Positions 23,783-34,148 of a stretch of 35,390 nucleotides of DNA are shown one piece after another; within the stretch, counting starts at the first letter, position 1, and each line of letters starts with the position of its first letter. This DNA is from Pseudogymnoascus verrucosus (taxonomy: Eukaryota), in NCBI GenBank assembly GCA_001662655.1, contig KV460225.1; one strand, 5' to 3'. The translations under genes and the position numbers were made by a program. The notes beneath the pieces are model-generated. The model was not told the DNA's origin. It worked only from the letters and a program-made list of their open reading frames with translations, and did no database searches.

Positions 23783-25987
23783 ATGCTATCTTCCGATCAA
23801 GGCAAAGATTCACCGAATATTTCGAGCACCGTAGATCTAGACAAGGTCTAGCCTGTTCCTTCGTCAGCTTCATTTAATTTAACACTACTAAAGTTCACTT
23901 TAGGCGCGTCTTCCATTTGTACTCCGCCTTCCTTTGGTACTCTAGTGGCTGCAGCGGTATCTAGAAGAACATCCAGCTGACCGTGATGTGGTCTTGAAAG
24001 CGGTTACAGTACTAAAGCTCCCCCTAACTCCCGCCTCAACACCCTCTAATACCGACATACCTAGCGAGCCGGCTCCTGTCCCAATACCCTCCTAGATTAT
24101 CGAACAACAAGTCGAAAGTAATAGTGATCGCGACGTTGATCAGCACGCGAGCCCTTTTATCAAACCTCACGATCAAAGTTCACGAGCCGTTGATAATCAG
24201 GACGAGAGCCTCTCCGTCGATTCTAACGACCATGGCTCACCAGCCACACAGCAAGGGGGCGGTCGTGCAGTCCCACCATACCAAGACTATGTCGAGGACG
24301 CAGAGGACTCAAGTGGCGATTATCAGCCTCCAGCGAACCTCGACGATTGGACTCCGAGTTGTGACGGCGATGATAGTCAAGATAGTAAGCTGTTAAGGCA
24401 GGGCGCAACGTCATCAATATCACAGCGGTCAAATAAATCCTCTAAACGCAAGCAAAACTTTAGAGACCGCAAAGATCCAAAACGTTTGCAGACCAAGGCT
24501 TTAGATGGAACGGAGGTATACCTTGGAAGCCCTCAACTCTCAGAGACTTACGCACCTGACCGGAAAGATGAGATTCACGGCCAGCGACCTAACACCTCAG
24601 ACGCTGGCCAGGACTCGGGATTTTTAGCGTCCTTAGGCACCTCGCCACCATCGCAAACAACACCAGAGAAAACTTGCGAATCGCGGCAGGCACCCACCGG
24701 ACATAATCCATCAGCTGAACGTAACATCGCGTTCGCGGATTTGCCGGCGGATTTGCGGGCAAAGGCACAGATGATCGGGGATATTAAGACACAAGGAATC
24801 GCGTGGCATTTCTTCAACTACATAGAGTCTTAGTCAACTAACTCCAGTAATGCTGAACCGAATCCAGACGATGACGTGCCCTCAACTTCATCGTCAGATC
24901 AAAGACTCAGGGAACTCAAAGTCCGTATTATTACACAGGAGAAAGCAGAGAAATCCGCCTAGAATATGAAAATAGTATCACGTGTCTTCAGGAGAGTATA
25001 TGTAGCGGAACTAGCAGGTAAGTATAAAGAGGAGACAAAGGCCAGAAACGCTGAGCGTAAAACGAGAAGTAAGGAAAATTTGCCCGTCTTATCGGTCAAG
25101 AATAGGTATACGAATCTCCTCTTCCCCGAAACAATAACGTGTAAGGGTGATGAGCAGAGCAAAAAGAAAGAGAATGGCCCGCGGAAGCAGGCTAAAGGAA
25201 AACTCGAGTACTGGTTAAAGTTAGGGAGGTTCCTTGCTGAGATTGCCAAGCGCTATGGGATTGGCATTATACTTCTGCTTCCAACGAAGCTAACTGAAAA
25301 AAAGTAAGTTGCCTCCTAGCTAAGCTCGTTGATATGTTCAGCTGATTAAGATTTAGTATTCATAAATTTCCTCGGCATCAGATTAAGCCCTTTTTAGACT
25401 ACATCGACTTTCTTCAACCAGGTTTGAGGGAGGATATCAGCGGCTTGTCTGCCCTTCTTAAGAGCGTAGTAGAAGTTGGGCTACCATCACAAAGGATAGT
25501 GCTTGAGACATACTCTTCCGACCAATTATCAGAGCTTAGCAATCGGCCCTTGAAGGAACTATTCCAGTTTTGCACTGGCAGAGACTCTCAGCGAGTTTAT
25601 GCGGTGGCCGGCCCTCCGCTTGGTTAGGATCCATCGAATAGTACTTACAGTGAGTACCCACGTCCACCTGCACCTCAGGAAGGATTTATTCATCCCTTGA
25701 CAACTGATCAACAAGTCGACATGGCTGTGGAAGAGTCGTTTTGTTCACAGAATGGTGATTTATCTGTGAAACCACTGGACCATTATGACGGAGAACCCCG
25801 TTTAGTAAACACATCCATAATCTCGAATCAGTTGAATACAACCGGCGACATGTCTACATCCGTAAACAACAGTAATTTTTCAGTACAGACTGTGGATATG
25901 CCACAAGAGATGGGATGGTCAGGTAACGATCAGGATATTAGGACAGTGAACCCGAGGGATCTGCAATTGCGAGCAGCGTCGTTTTAG
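23783..25987 (+). pseudogene. Large hypothetical protein gene (about 690 codons, 2 introns) inactivated by at least 6 RIP-type stops
   Basis: One frame links the track ORFs 24486, 24966, 25424 and 25697 across single TAG/TGA codons, plus intron GTAAGT...CTGAT...TAG at about 25304-25356. It has a disordered acidic N-half and a helical domain ending LAEIAKRYGIGIILLLP. The 5' exon is less certain. Confidence 0.72.
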
Positions 25988-26784
25988 TACAAACAATATC
26001 AGAACACAGTCATGTTTCCCTTACAGTACCTGCAAAGCATTCAAGCATTCAGTTTTTGGCTCTTGCGTAGGTTATAATGATGTCATTGATGGATGTCCAT
26101 TTTGATCCTTGTGATAGACCAAGGCGACCCTACCCTGCAACCCTTAACTCTTGGCGCAGCGTCAATCTCCACCTCTAAATTTGATCCCTCGAGAAAAGCG
26201 ACGAAAAGATAGAATAGCACTGCAGCCGGTTGTGGCTCGATGACCACGTAACGAAAAATAAGGGCATCAAAACAGCCCGTCTTTGTCCTGCCAAAACTGG
26301 AACCCTCAGCCAAATCTTACTGGTGCCGTTTCTCACGCCCTTCAGTATCTCAGTCTTGGCATCTTGCAGTAGTGGAGGTCGGGAGCCCAGCGGGCGTGAG
26401 ACCGGCGGGCGTGAGAGTAGTGGACCTCGGGAGTATCCCAGCGGCCCTTAGTGGTCACCATTGGGACTAGACTGAGTCCTTGTAGTGAGAGTAGTAAAAA
26501 TCCAGCACGTGAAATGTGAATCATTAGCAAGGAACTGCACAAGGCGGGTGGAGCAATACCTGTCAGATGGGAGGTTCCCAATGAATGCTTGATATATACT
26601 AACGTCCATCCATACGTAGCGAGAAACCAACTGTGCCGAGAAAAATGATAGGTAACGTCGGTCCCTAGGTGAAGGAAAATCCACCGTGTAGGAAAAACTT
26701 GTCCAATATGAAAAGGGATTGCTTGATAATTTGAATCTGGAAGCAATCCGTAGCACGTAGTCACGTGGCTTCGTGATATGCTAG

Positions 26785-27010
26785 TACCTTTGGGGCTACG
26801 CTACCGTCATGTTATTTGTACCGTCATATTATTTGTACCGTCGTTTTGTTGGTAGTGTACTGTTCTCTGCACCTATGGGAATGAGCTACCGTGAAATGCC
26901 AGGTACTGTAGAGTCTTCTGCACCTTTGGGAATGAGCTACCATCATGTTATTTGTACCGTTGTTTTGTTGGTAGTGTAGTGTCTTCTGCGCCTTTGGGAA
27001 TGAGCTACCG
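26785..27010 (+). repeat. Complex tandem repeat (GTTATTTGTACCGTC, TTTTGTTGGTAGTGTA, 3x TCTGCRCCTWTGGGAATGAGCTACC)
   Basis: Direct inspection shows modular duplicated blocks. Confidence 0.8.
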
Positions 27011-27356
27011 TTTGGCGGTTTCTATTGTCAGAGGTTCCATTTCCTTTAAGAGTCACGTGGGTGCATGGTAAAAGTGGCAACGGTATCATGACATTGCAGA
27101 GTAATTTGCAACCAGGATTGCTGGGGCATCTGGAGAGTAATATAGCTAGAGAGTGACATTAAGTATAAGAGAGCCATAATTTTCTACGTGACTGTTACAG
27201 TAAAGAAACCTTCTCGAAAATGCAGGTGAGGGATCATTTGGCACTATTTCGGCTAATCCGAATACTGATCAGCAGGGGTCGAACAGATCTGATTGAGCCA
27301 GGGTTGCGTCATCCCACCTTCTTGGCGCCGTGGCAGTCGCATTATCCACACCTAGT

Positions 27357-27702
27357 TTATTCCTTCTCTTTACCCCCTGCTTGCTCTGGATCTTCTGCAT
27401 TGCGTTTCCGTTGATATTTCGCGTCAGCGTTATGTAGCAACATACTTATAGGGATTGGAAACGAAGTCATCTTGCCAGTACTTAGTAAATACCTTCAAAA
27501 TCAGGAGTGAACGTACGATTTCTTTCTTGGATGGTGGAAAACGTGGGTTACCAGGAGATACATAAGTGTAATAACGCCCCTTCTAATAGATGATCAAAGC
27601 AACATCTGCGCCGTATAATTCCCCATACTCATATACCTTGTTGGTCAAAGTGCTTCTCCTTCGAGATGCATTCTGGCTTTGGCGTTTCCGTACGTTGCAC
27701 AT
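27357..27702 (-). pseudogene. Small MADS-box (SRF-TF)-like gene, one intron, RIP stop and a frameshift
   Basis: MCNVRKRQSQNASRRRSTLTNKVYEYGELYGADVALIIY*KGRYYTYVSPGNPRFPPSK, then intron GTACGT...CTAAG...AAG, then MTSFPIPISMLL...KEKE*. It is missed by the ORF track. Confidence 0.75.
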
Positions 27703-27837
27703 GTTGGGATAGAGAATATGATGCCTCCTGTAATTTGAAGACTTGTAGTTCGATCAAGATAGTCGCAGAGTGCCACTGGCATTTTACAGCCGGCAAGGCT
27801 ATTTAAAGTGTTTCAAAGAGATCTACTTCGATATAGC

Positions 27838-27936
27838 AGGTACCTGAAAGCAGGTACCTTTAAATGTAAGTACCTGACTTTTTGTGGGTACCTCTTCATT
27901 CTGGGGTGTGCTGACCAAGCCTGTCGAAAATAGTAT
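27838..27936 (-). repeat. Right terminal-inverted-repeat-like module with 4 AGGTACCT-type motifs
   Basis: The reverse complement aligns with 900-1011. Motifs are at 27838, 27852, 27868 and 27886. Confidence 0.8.
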
Positions 27937-28809
27937 GCTTTGCTCATGTTGCGATAGAGTTTATTGGGCATGGAATCAAGGGAATTACAGTCGCTTGCAA
28001 AACCGGCTTCCCCTTAGAATACAGCTCCAAAATCATTCACTTTGCTTTTGACCAGGGTCATCGGGTTAATCTAGCCAAATACGGTTAGACGCAGAGTACG
28101 TACTCCCTTCAATTTGGCCTACACTCTAAATGTGGTCTTTCAAACGCTTTAAAGTCATGCGGGAACTACGGTAATTTATAGCATTTCAAGTAAATCACTA
28201 TGACTCCAAACCTTGCCCCTTCCCAGCATGACTTGATTTCGGACATGATACATGCCAATATTTAAGGGTTTTCGTTATTGCCACACGGCACATCATGCCA
28301 TTCGACCAACTTATTCGTCCAGTGTCAAGAGTAGGGTTGTTTTCTAGGTAGGGAGACCAGGCTCGGTAGTTACGAAGTGGAATTTCAATTAGACTTCATG
28401 TTGTCTTCTAGCTAAAGTTTTGTGATAAATTTGGTATACTGTACTAGTTCAAGCCCACTATTCATAATAAATGTTGGAAGAAGCCAGGTTCGAAGTTTGC
28501 TATGCCGACTATGGTCACCATGTTAAGTGCCTACATGGAACTAGCATACTCCCCGCCTCTGAACTCTGGTTAAGCCACGGGCCGTCGCGCTACCCCTTGG
28601 AGCGGGGTAGAATTTTAGCGCGGCACCCGAGACGTTTTATGAGGCTGAACCTCAACCTCACTCATCATTCCTGTCTCATTACTGTGTCAACATTTCCTCA
28701 TTCAATACTACTCCGCACTCAGCATCTGGTTACCATTTGTTGACAACCCTGTAAGAAAGACTTTCGATTTGCTGCATACACTTCTGACTTACTCTAGCTT
28801 CGATAAATC

Positions 28810-29240
28810 ATGTCCGGCGCTGAAGCAGGTCTTGTCCTTAGCATCATCTTAGCAATCATTTCAATCATTAATGCCACTAAAAAAGTTTATGAGGCTGTCG
28901 AAGACGAAGCTAGCCTCCTAACAAATTTCAAAAAGTCGGCAAGGAAACTCCCTCTTATCTTGAAAGTCCTCGAATATGCGGAAGAATACGTTAATAACGA
29001 GACGGACGAGTCTACAAAGGCTGCGTTTACACCTACTTTGGAGGATTGCAAAGTTCAAGCTATACACCTCTAGGAGTTGTTCAAAAAGGTCATGCTAGAA
29101 GAGGGCGGCTCGAGGTGGGATCAATGTACAAGAGCTTCTCAAACGATTAGAAAAGGCGGCCGTGTAGAGAGCTTAGTTGGGGGTATCTTAGACGACTTGC
29201 AACTCTTAGCAGCGAAGTTTCCAGGAGTAACGACGCTAGG
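28810..29240 (+). pseudogene. SesA-type (HeLo-like) N-terminal domain of a fungal NLR, RIP stop, truncated
   Basis: MSGAEAGLVLSIILAIISIINATKKVYEAVEDEASLLTNFKKSARKLPLI...CKVQAIHL*ELFKKV...KGGRVESLVGGILDDLQLLA matches the SesA pattern. No NACHT domain follows. Confidence 0.8.
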
Positions 29241-30195
29241 AAGATGTGCTGGCCGGCGCGGACTCGCCATGGCCTTGGTATGGTTATGTCGACTTGCATG
29301 ACCTGTTCTGGATCTAGCTCACTAGTTACACCCTGGTTCGACAAGGGCTTGACCACAGCAGTGGCAAACGGGCGGCCAAACACAAAGTTCCTAAACACAA
29401 ATAGACACTAGTGAGCCATCGACATTGCCACCCACAAACATATTCCGAACTGTAAGAACAGCGTTGCTGCTTTCTTCTCTGGAATATGGCACCAGATGGC
29501 GACTAAAGTTACCACGGCTAGAATTAGGTGTGAATTAAGAAAACTCTCGTATAGGAGACTTCTCATGAGACGTATCGATAGTATAAAAATGAAGCCAAGT
29601 GCCGAGCTCGCCTGTTGCGTGTTAGTGGCGGCTACATATACACAAAAAGACCTACCACAACTCTAGAGGCGCTACCCGACGTCTAGGTGAATCTGCCACC
29701 TTCCTTCAGTGAGACAATCATGTGCAACATAGCTAGCGCGATTGTAGTCCTACCTATCCATCTATGGGATCCGAGGCTTGATTGAAGCGAGGTCCCTAAC
29801 ACTTTTGTCATGAGGCTTATTCGAGGACTGCAGAGGAGGGGGATAAGATTGATGATTGACATGGTAGCAGCGCGGGCTCCCGCCTCCGCCTACGAGGCCT
29901 TCGGAAGAGCAACGAAGAGGACATTTGCGGTTAAGTACAAAGTGGTTGCAATGATCTAGAACCGTGTAGCTGTTCCTAGGAATGGAACTTTTGGTAGTAA
30001 ATGCGGATAAACAAAGTGTTTCAAGATGAAGAATGAAGTAGAGTGCCATCCAGAAGTCATTACATGGTAGAGTGCTCGAAGTAGTAGCCATAATAGAAAG
30101 AAAGATGCCTAAATTACTAAATACCAGAATGGAGTATCGTGTTTAATCCCGCTGAATCTTAAAAGAATCCAAACGCAAAACGAAATGAACGACAT
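29238..30195 (-). pseudogene. Ferric reductase-like transmembrane (FRE/NOX) gene, RIP stops, truncated in the FAD-binding domain
   Basis: FILKHFVYP, RAATMSIINLIPL, SHRWIGR...LH, an intron at about 29612-29655, LYESFLNSHLIL...WCH and VDITIPRPWRVRAGQHIFL. Confidence 0.82.
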
Positions 30196-30299
30196 ATTGA
30201 CGTGAATAGAGATATCATGAGAGTCGAAAGTGCAGAGGACAAGCTGAAGTCTACTCGTCTTTTGCAATGCAACAAAAGTTTGACGTTTGCGAGGTGGAC

Positions 30300-30605
30300 A
30301 ACAGCAGGACCATCGGATAACCCTGAGGATTAACATGTGGGTGACTCCGTCTTTCGCGTATTGTACACTCGAGAGACCACCTCCGCAGAACCACGGGATG
30401 AACCTGTGGGTCAACTCGTGGGGATGTCATGTCCACCTCCGCAAGGCATCCATCTGATGGACCTGACATAGTTGGACCATCTGATGGAACCTGTGGGTCA
30501 ACTCGTGGGGATGTCATGTCCACCTCCGCAGACCATCCATCTGATGGACCTGTGGTAGACATGTTGGACCATCCGATGGAACTTGTAGGGCCACCTGTGG
30601 TTGCC
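30300..30605. repeat. 87-bp direct duplication plus multiple CCATC(T/C)GATGG quasi-palindromes in the FRE / MADS-like divergent intergenic region
   Basis: AACCTGTGGGTCAACTCGTGGGGATGTCATGTCCACCTCCGCA at 30401 and 30488. The motif is at about 30450, 30477, 30537 and 30569. Confidence 0.8.
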
Positions 30606-30632
30606 ATCAATACAGGCCGATATTCTACCTCT

Positions 30633-30890
30633 ATGCTAGGACACGTCACGTTCAAGGGCCTGGAGTTACGTCACGTTAGGGACTTAAGAAAAATCCTCAC
30701 AGTGGAGAAGAGACCTCTGAGAGAGCAACTTCGGAGAAGGAAGAATACTTTTTTCTGGAAAGGCCACGAACAAGTGCTGTCTGTGAAGTGAGTGTCCTCA
30801 GTTTGGTCGTCGACAACAACAAATTAGATATCTATAAAAACATGGACAACCCCACCGGATTTTTCGGATGAACGCCAAAGCTCTATGTAG
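30633..30890 (+). pseudogene. Second, more degenerate MADS-box-like gene relic (1-bp frameshift)
   Basis: LREQLRRRKNTFFWKGHE / xSAVCEVSVLSLVVDNNKLDIY resembles the MADS consensus KRRxGLFKKAHELSVLCxxxVALIV...KLY. Confidence 0.45.
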
Positions 30891-31166
30891 ATTCACATGG
30901 TGGGTTGGATCTGTGGGTTGTGGCCCACGGGCGGAGCGGACTGTCAACTACTTAATCAAGGGAAGACGGAGCCATATAGAACGAGGATAAAAATATATGT
31001 TCCGGCCCAACCACCAACTATTCTGGTTGGCCAACTGGCCGGCCCAACCACCAACTTTTGGGTTGGTGGTTCGGCCGGCCCAACCGCCAACCTGCTAAGG
31101 AGCGGGGTAGTTAGAATAGTAGAATAGAGTATTAAAGCTTTATATTATACACCTATATACGCAATT

Positions 31167-33059
31167 ATGGCTACTATTACTTCAATTAATCCATTTCCGA
31201 ACGATGTGCGTACTGCCTTTAAAGCCTATATAAGTAGTACAACTTACTACAATCGTGAGCAGCTCTCATATGATAAATGGGAGCGTATATGCACAATACT
31301 ACAGAACCTAGCTGCTTTTAAAGTAACACATAAAGAAGCAAAGGCTCTTAAGCATCGTGCGCAGTCTGATTTTGAGCTTATAGATAATAAGCTCTATAGA
31401 AAAAGTAACGTACAGTACTTAAACGCTCGATATGTGGTTCGGAAAGCAGAGGTCTTTAATGTTATTGTAGAAGAGCACCTTAAGCTTCTACACGTAGGCT
31501 AGAATAAGGTGTGGCCTGCAATTGAGCAACAGTACTATGGAATAAAGCGAGAGGATGTAGAGTTTATACTCAAACGGTGTAAGAATTGCACCTTAAACCG
31601 ACTAAATACTACAAAAGCTCCATTAGTCCCTATTATAAGTGGACAGGCGTAGGAGAGGGTTCAAATCGACCTAATTGACATGCGCCACGAGCCGTTAGGG
31701 CAGTATAAATGGATTCTACATATAAAGGATCACTTCTTAAAGTATACACAGCTTTACCCATTAAAAAGCAAGCACGCAGAGCTAATTTCAGACTGCTTTG
31801 CTCAATTCATTGCAGCTTTCTTACCTCCTAAGATTATGCAAGCTAATAATGGGAAGGAATTCAAAGGGGCTCTCCTTATTCTACTACGGAGGTATGGAAT
31901 TCAGGTGGTAAATGGAGCACCACGATCACCACAAACGCAAGGCCTAGTTGAGCAGGCAAATGGAGTAGTTCAGAATAAGCTCCGGGCATAGAAAATGGAT
32001 CATGGGTCTACAGAATGGAAGAATGGGCTACTTGAAATAGTGCTTGCTATGAACACCCAAATCCACTCTACAATTGGGTGTGCGCCAGCTGAGCTTCTAT
32101 TCCGAGAGCGGAGCTCACACATTGACTGGCTCAACAGTTAGGCCCGGAAGGATCTGTCAATTGGAATTGAGCAGGAAGACCCAACCATGGGCCCGATATT
32201 TGAGAGTGATCTTGAGCCCGAAGCTCTAATTGACCCACAGCTCCGCCAGGCGCCAGAGCTCTCAATTGAGCTTAGAATTGGGAGCTCACACTCCGAGCCA
32301 GAACTCGGAATTGAGCTCGCAATTGAGAGCTCCCACTCCGAGCCAGAACTCGGAATTGAGCTTGCAATTGAGAGCTCCCACTCCGAGCCAGAACTCGGAA
32401 TTGAGCTCGCAATTGAGAGCTCACACTCTAAGCCAGAAATTGGAATTGAGCTTCGGCGTGGGACCCGGGCTCGAGTTCCAGCTCAGCTTAGAACTGAGCT
32501 TCGGCTTACACCAGATCCTGTAATTGAGAGAGCTATAGTAGCTACTCAACGAGCAAGGATTTCTATGGTGCGGAAGTATACAAAGAAGCATGATATTCAG
32601 CACTTTGATGTAGGAGCAATAGTCTCTATAAAGGTTCCTCGAGAGGATAGAACCTCAACTGATAATAAGAGGCTATTTGCAAGAATTCTAGAAGAGCCTT
32701 ACCCTCATAGGTATCGGATTCTTATAGCTTCTAGTATTATACAACGCCTTATTCCTACTAAATCACTTGGAGTTGTAGAGCGAGCTCTATGGGGTGATAT
32801 AGTAATTCCTACTTCTACTAAGGAAGTAGGCCTAGGGCTTGCAGCTAGAGAGGCTTCTACAAGTGCTTAGGTTGGAATATCCTGTCAGTGCAAAGGGCTG
32901 TGTAGTACGAAGAGGTGTAGGTGTTATAAGGAAGCAAAGGAGTGTAGTGTACACTGCCATAACGATGACCACGACTGTGGCAATTTATCAGGTCTTACTA
33001 CTCGTACGGAAATAGCTTTAGTTGAGAGGCCGAAGCGGAAGCGGGCTAGAGTAGAGTAG
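31167..33059 (+). pseudogene. rve/DDE integrase-type transposase (KRBA2/SCAND3-like) with H2C2 zinc domain and C-terminal Cys-rich domain, 631 codons, RIP stops
   Basis: EHLKLLHVG...CKNC, ERVQIDLIDM, KDHF, QA(D>N)NGKEF, PRSPQTQGLVEQANG and CQCKGLCSTKRCRCYK..CSVHCH, all in one frame. Confidence 0.9.
32253..32452 (+). repeat. 45-bp coding minisatellite (about 4.5 x PELGIELAIESSHSE) inside the transposase
   Basis: Unit CCAGAACTCGGAATTGAGCTCGCAATTGAGAGCTCCCACTCCGAG. Confidence 0.9.
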
Positions 33060-33410
33060 GTAATTCAATTCAATTCAATATACTATTCTACTATTCTACG
33101 TATAGGTTGGCGGTTGGGCCGGCCGAACCACCAACCCAAAAGTTGGTGGTTGGGCCGGCCAGTTGGCCAACCAGAATAGTTGGTGGTTGGGCCGGAACAT
33201 ATATAATCTAAAAAAAATATGTCTTGTCTCGTGATGGTTTTAATATCATGGTTTAATTAAATCATGGGGTGGAAATTCGAGCTCTAAGTACGACAGCATG
33301 TCTGTAACGTATAATAAAGGCTGAATTTATATTCTCTCCCAGACGGCCTCATTTATGGGAAAGTAAATAGCACTATGATGTGTAATAGTAATAGATTTAA
33401 TTTGCTAGAC

Positions 33411-33883
33411 TCATGTCACAACGTCGCCGTTTCTTTTCCACTTCTCCATCACGCATTCATCGCAGGTATAATCATAGCCATAGGTGCAGCAACTATAGCG
33501 AAGAATGGCAAGGCGGTTCTCATGGCATAGCTAGAGCTTGTGGGCGCTATGCGAGTGTACGTAGGCGATATTCGAGTGTATGTGAACGATTGCGTATCGA
33601 GTAGCGGTGTAGAAGGTAGAGAGCTTAGGATTTCAATTTTCAACGTAGGGAGCGATTTGGTCGAGTATTCCGTCTTGATCGCGATCGGGACTTTCTAGGA
33701 GAGCCTACATAATGATATTAGCGGAGAAAATACTATTGTTTTAACAGAACTCACCTTCTTGCTTCCATCTTTTCTCCACTAATGTGAATGAGCAGAGGAC
33801 AATAAGGGCGGCTAGTATCATGGCAAGCGGTCTCTTCATCTTGCTCTCTTGGAAGTGACGTAGTAGTCCAAACAAGTCGCATT
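33411..33883 (-). pseudogene. Small hypothetical gene relic with one intron (about 33704-33754) and RIP-like stops
   Basis: Canonical AAG|GTGAGT...CTAAT...TAG intron. The reading frame is ambiguous and no domain was recognised. Confidence 0.35.
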
Positions 33884-34148
33884 GCGTTCAGGAGGCTTTA
33901 ATATTGTTTGTTGCAGGTTGTACGGGACGACGGCTGCACCTTAATACTAAAACTTGTATACCACTCGTCGAACCAGTTGATGCAACTTGATGTACCACCC
34001 GATGATACCACCTAATGGTACCACCTAATGGCATCACATAATGGCATATTTGGGTGGGAGGCGAGCTTTGCAATAGTTGCAGTACTTAAGTAACCATTAT
34101 CCTGAGCAGGAGTTGAGGTATCTCTAGCCAACATTGTCAATAATCAAG

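Larger units (their letters stand above)
30998..33199 (+). mobile_element. Ginger-like (Gypsy-integrase-related) DNA transposon, 2202 bp, 96-bp perfect TIRs TGT...ACA, 4-bp TSD TATA
   Basis: 30998-31093 is the reverse complement of 33104-33199. TATA is at 30994-30997 and 33200-33203. It has a single integrase-type ORF and no RT or LTRs. Confidence 0.9.

Noticed and set aside
30251..30655. 134-aa and overlapping ORFs with repeated peptides
   Set aside because: They are by-products of the 87-bp duplication and quasi-palindromic motifs that are open on both strands.
31107..31127. TAGTTAGAATAGTAGA shared between the Ginger subterminal region and family-A LTRs
   Set aside because: It is a short, low-complexity, RIP-generated AT-rich match and is probably coincidental.
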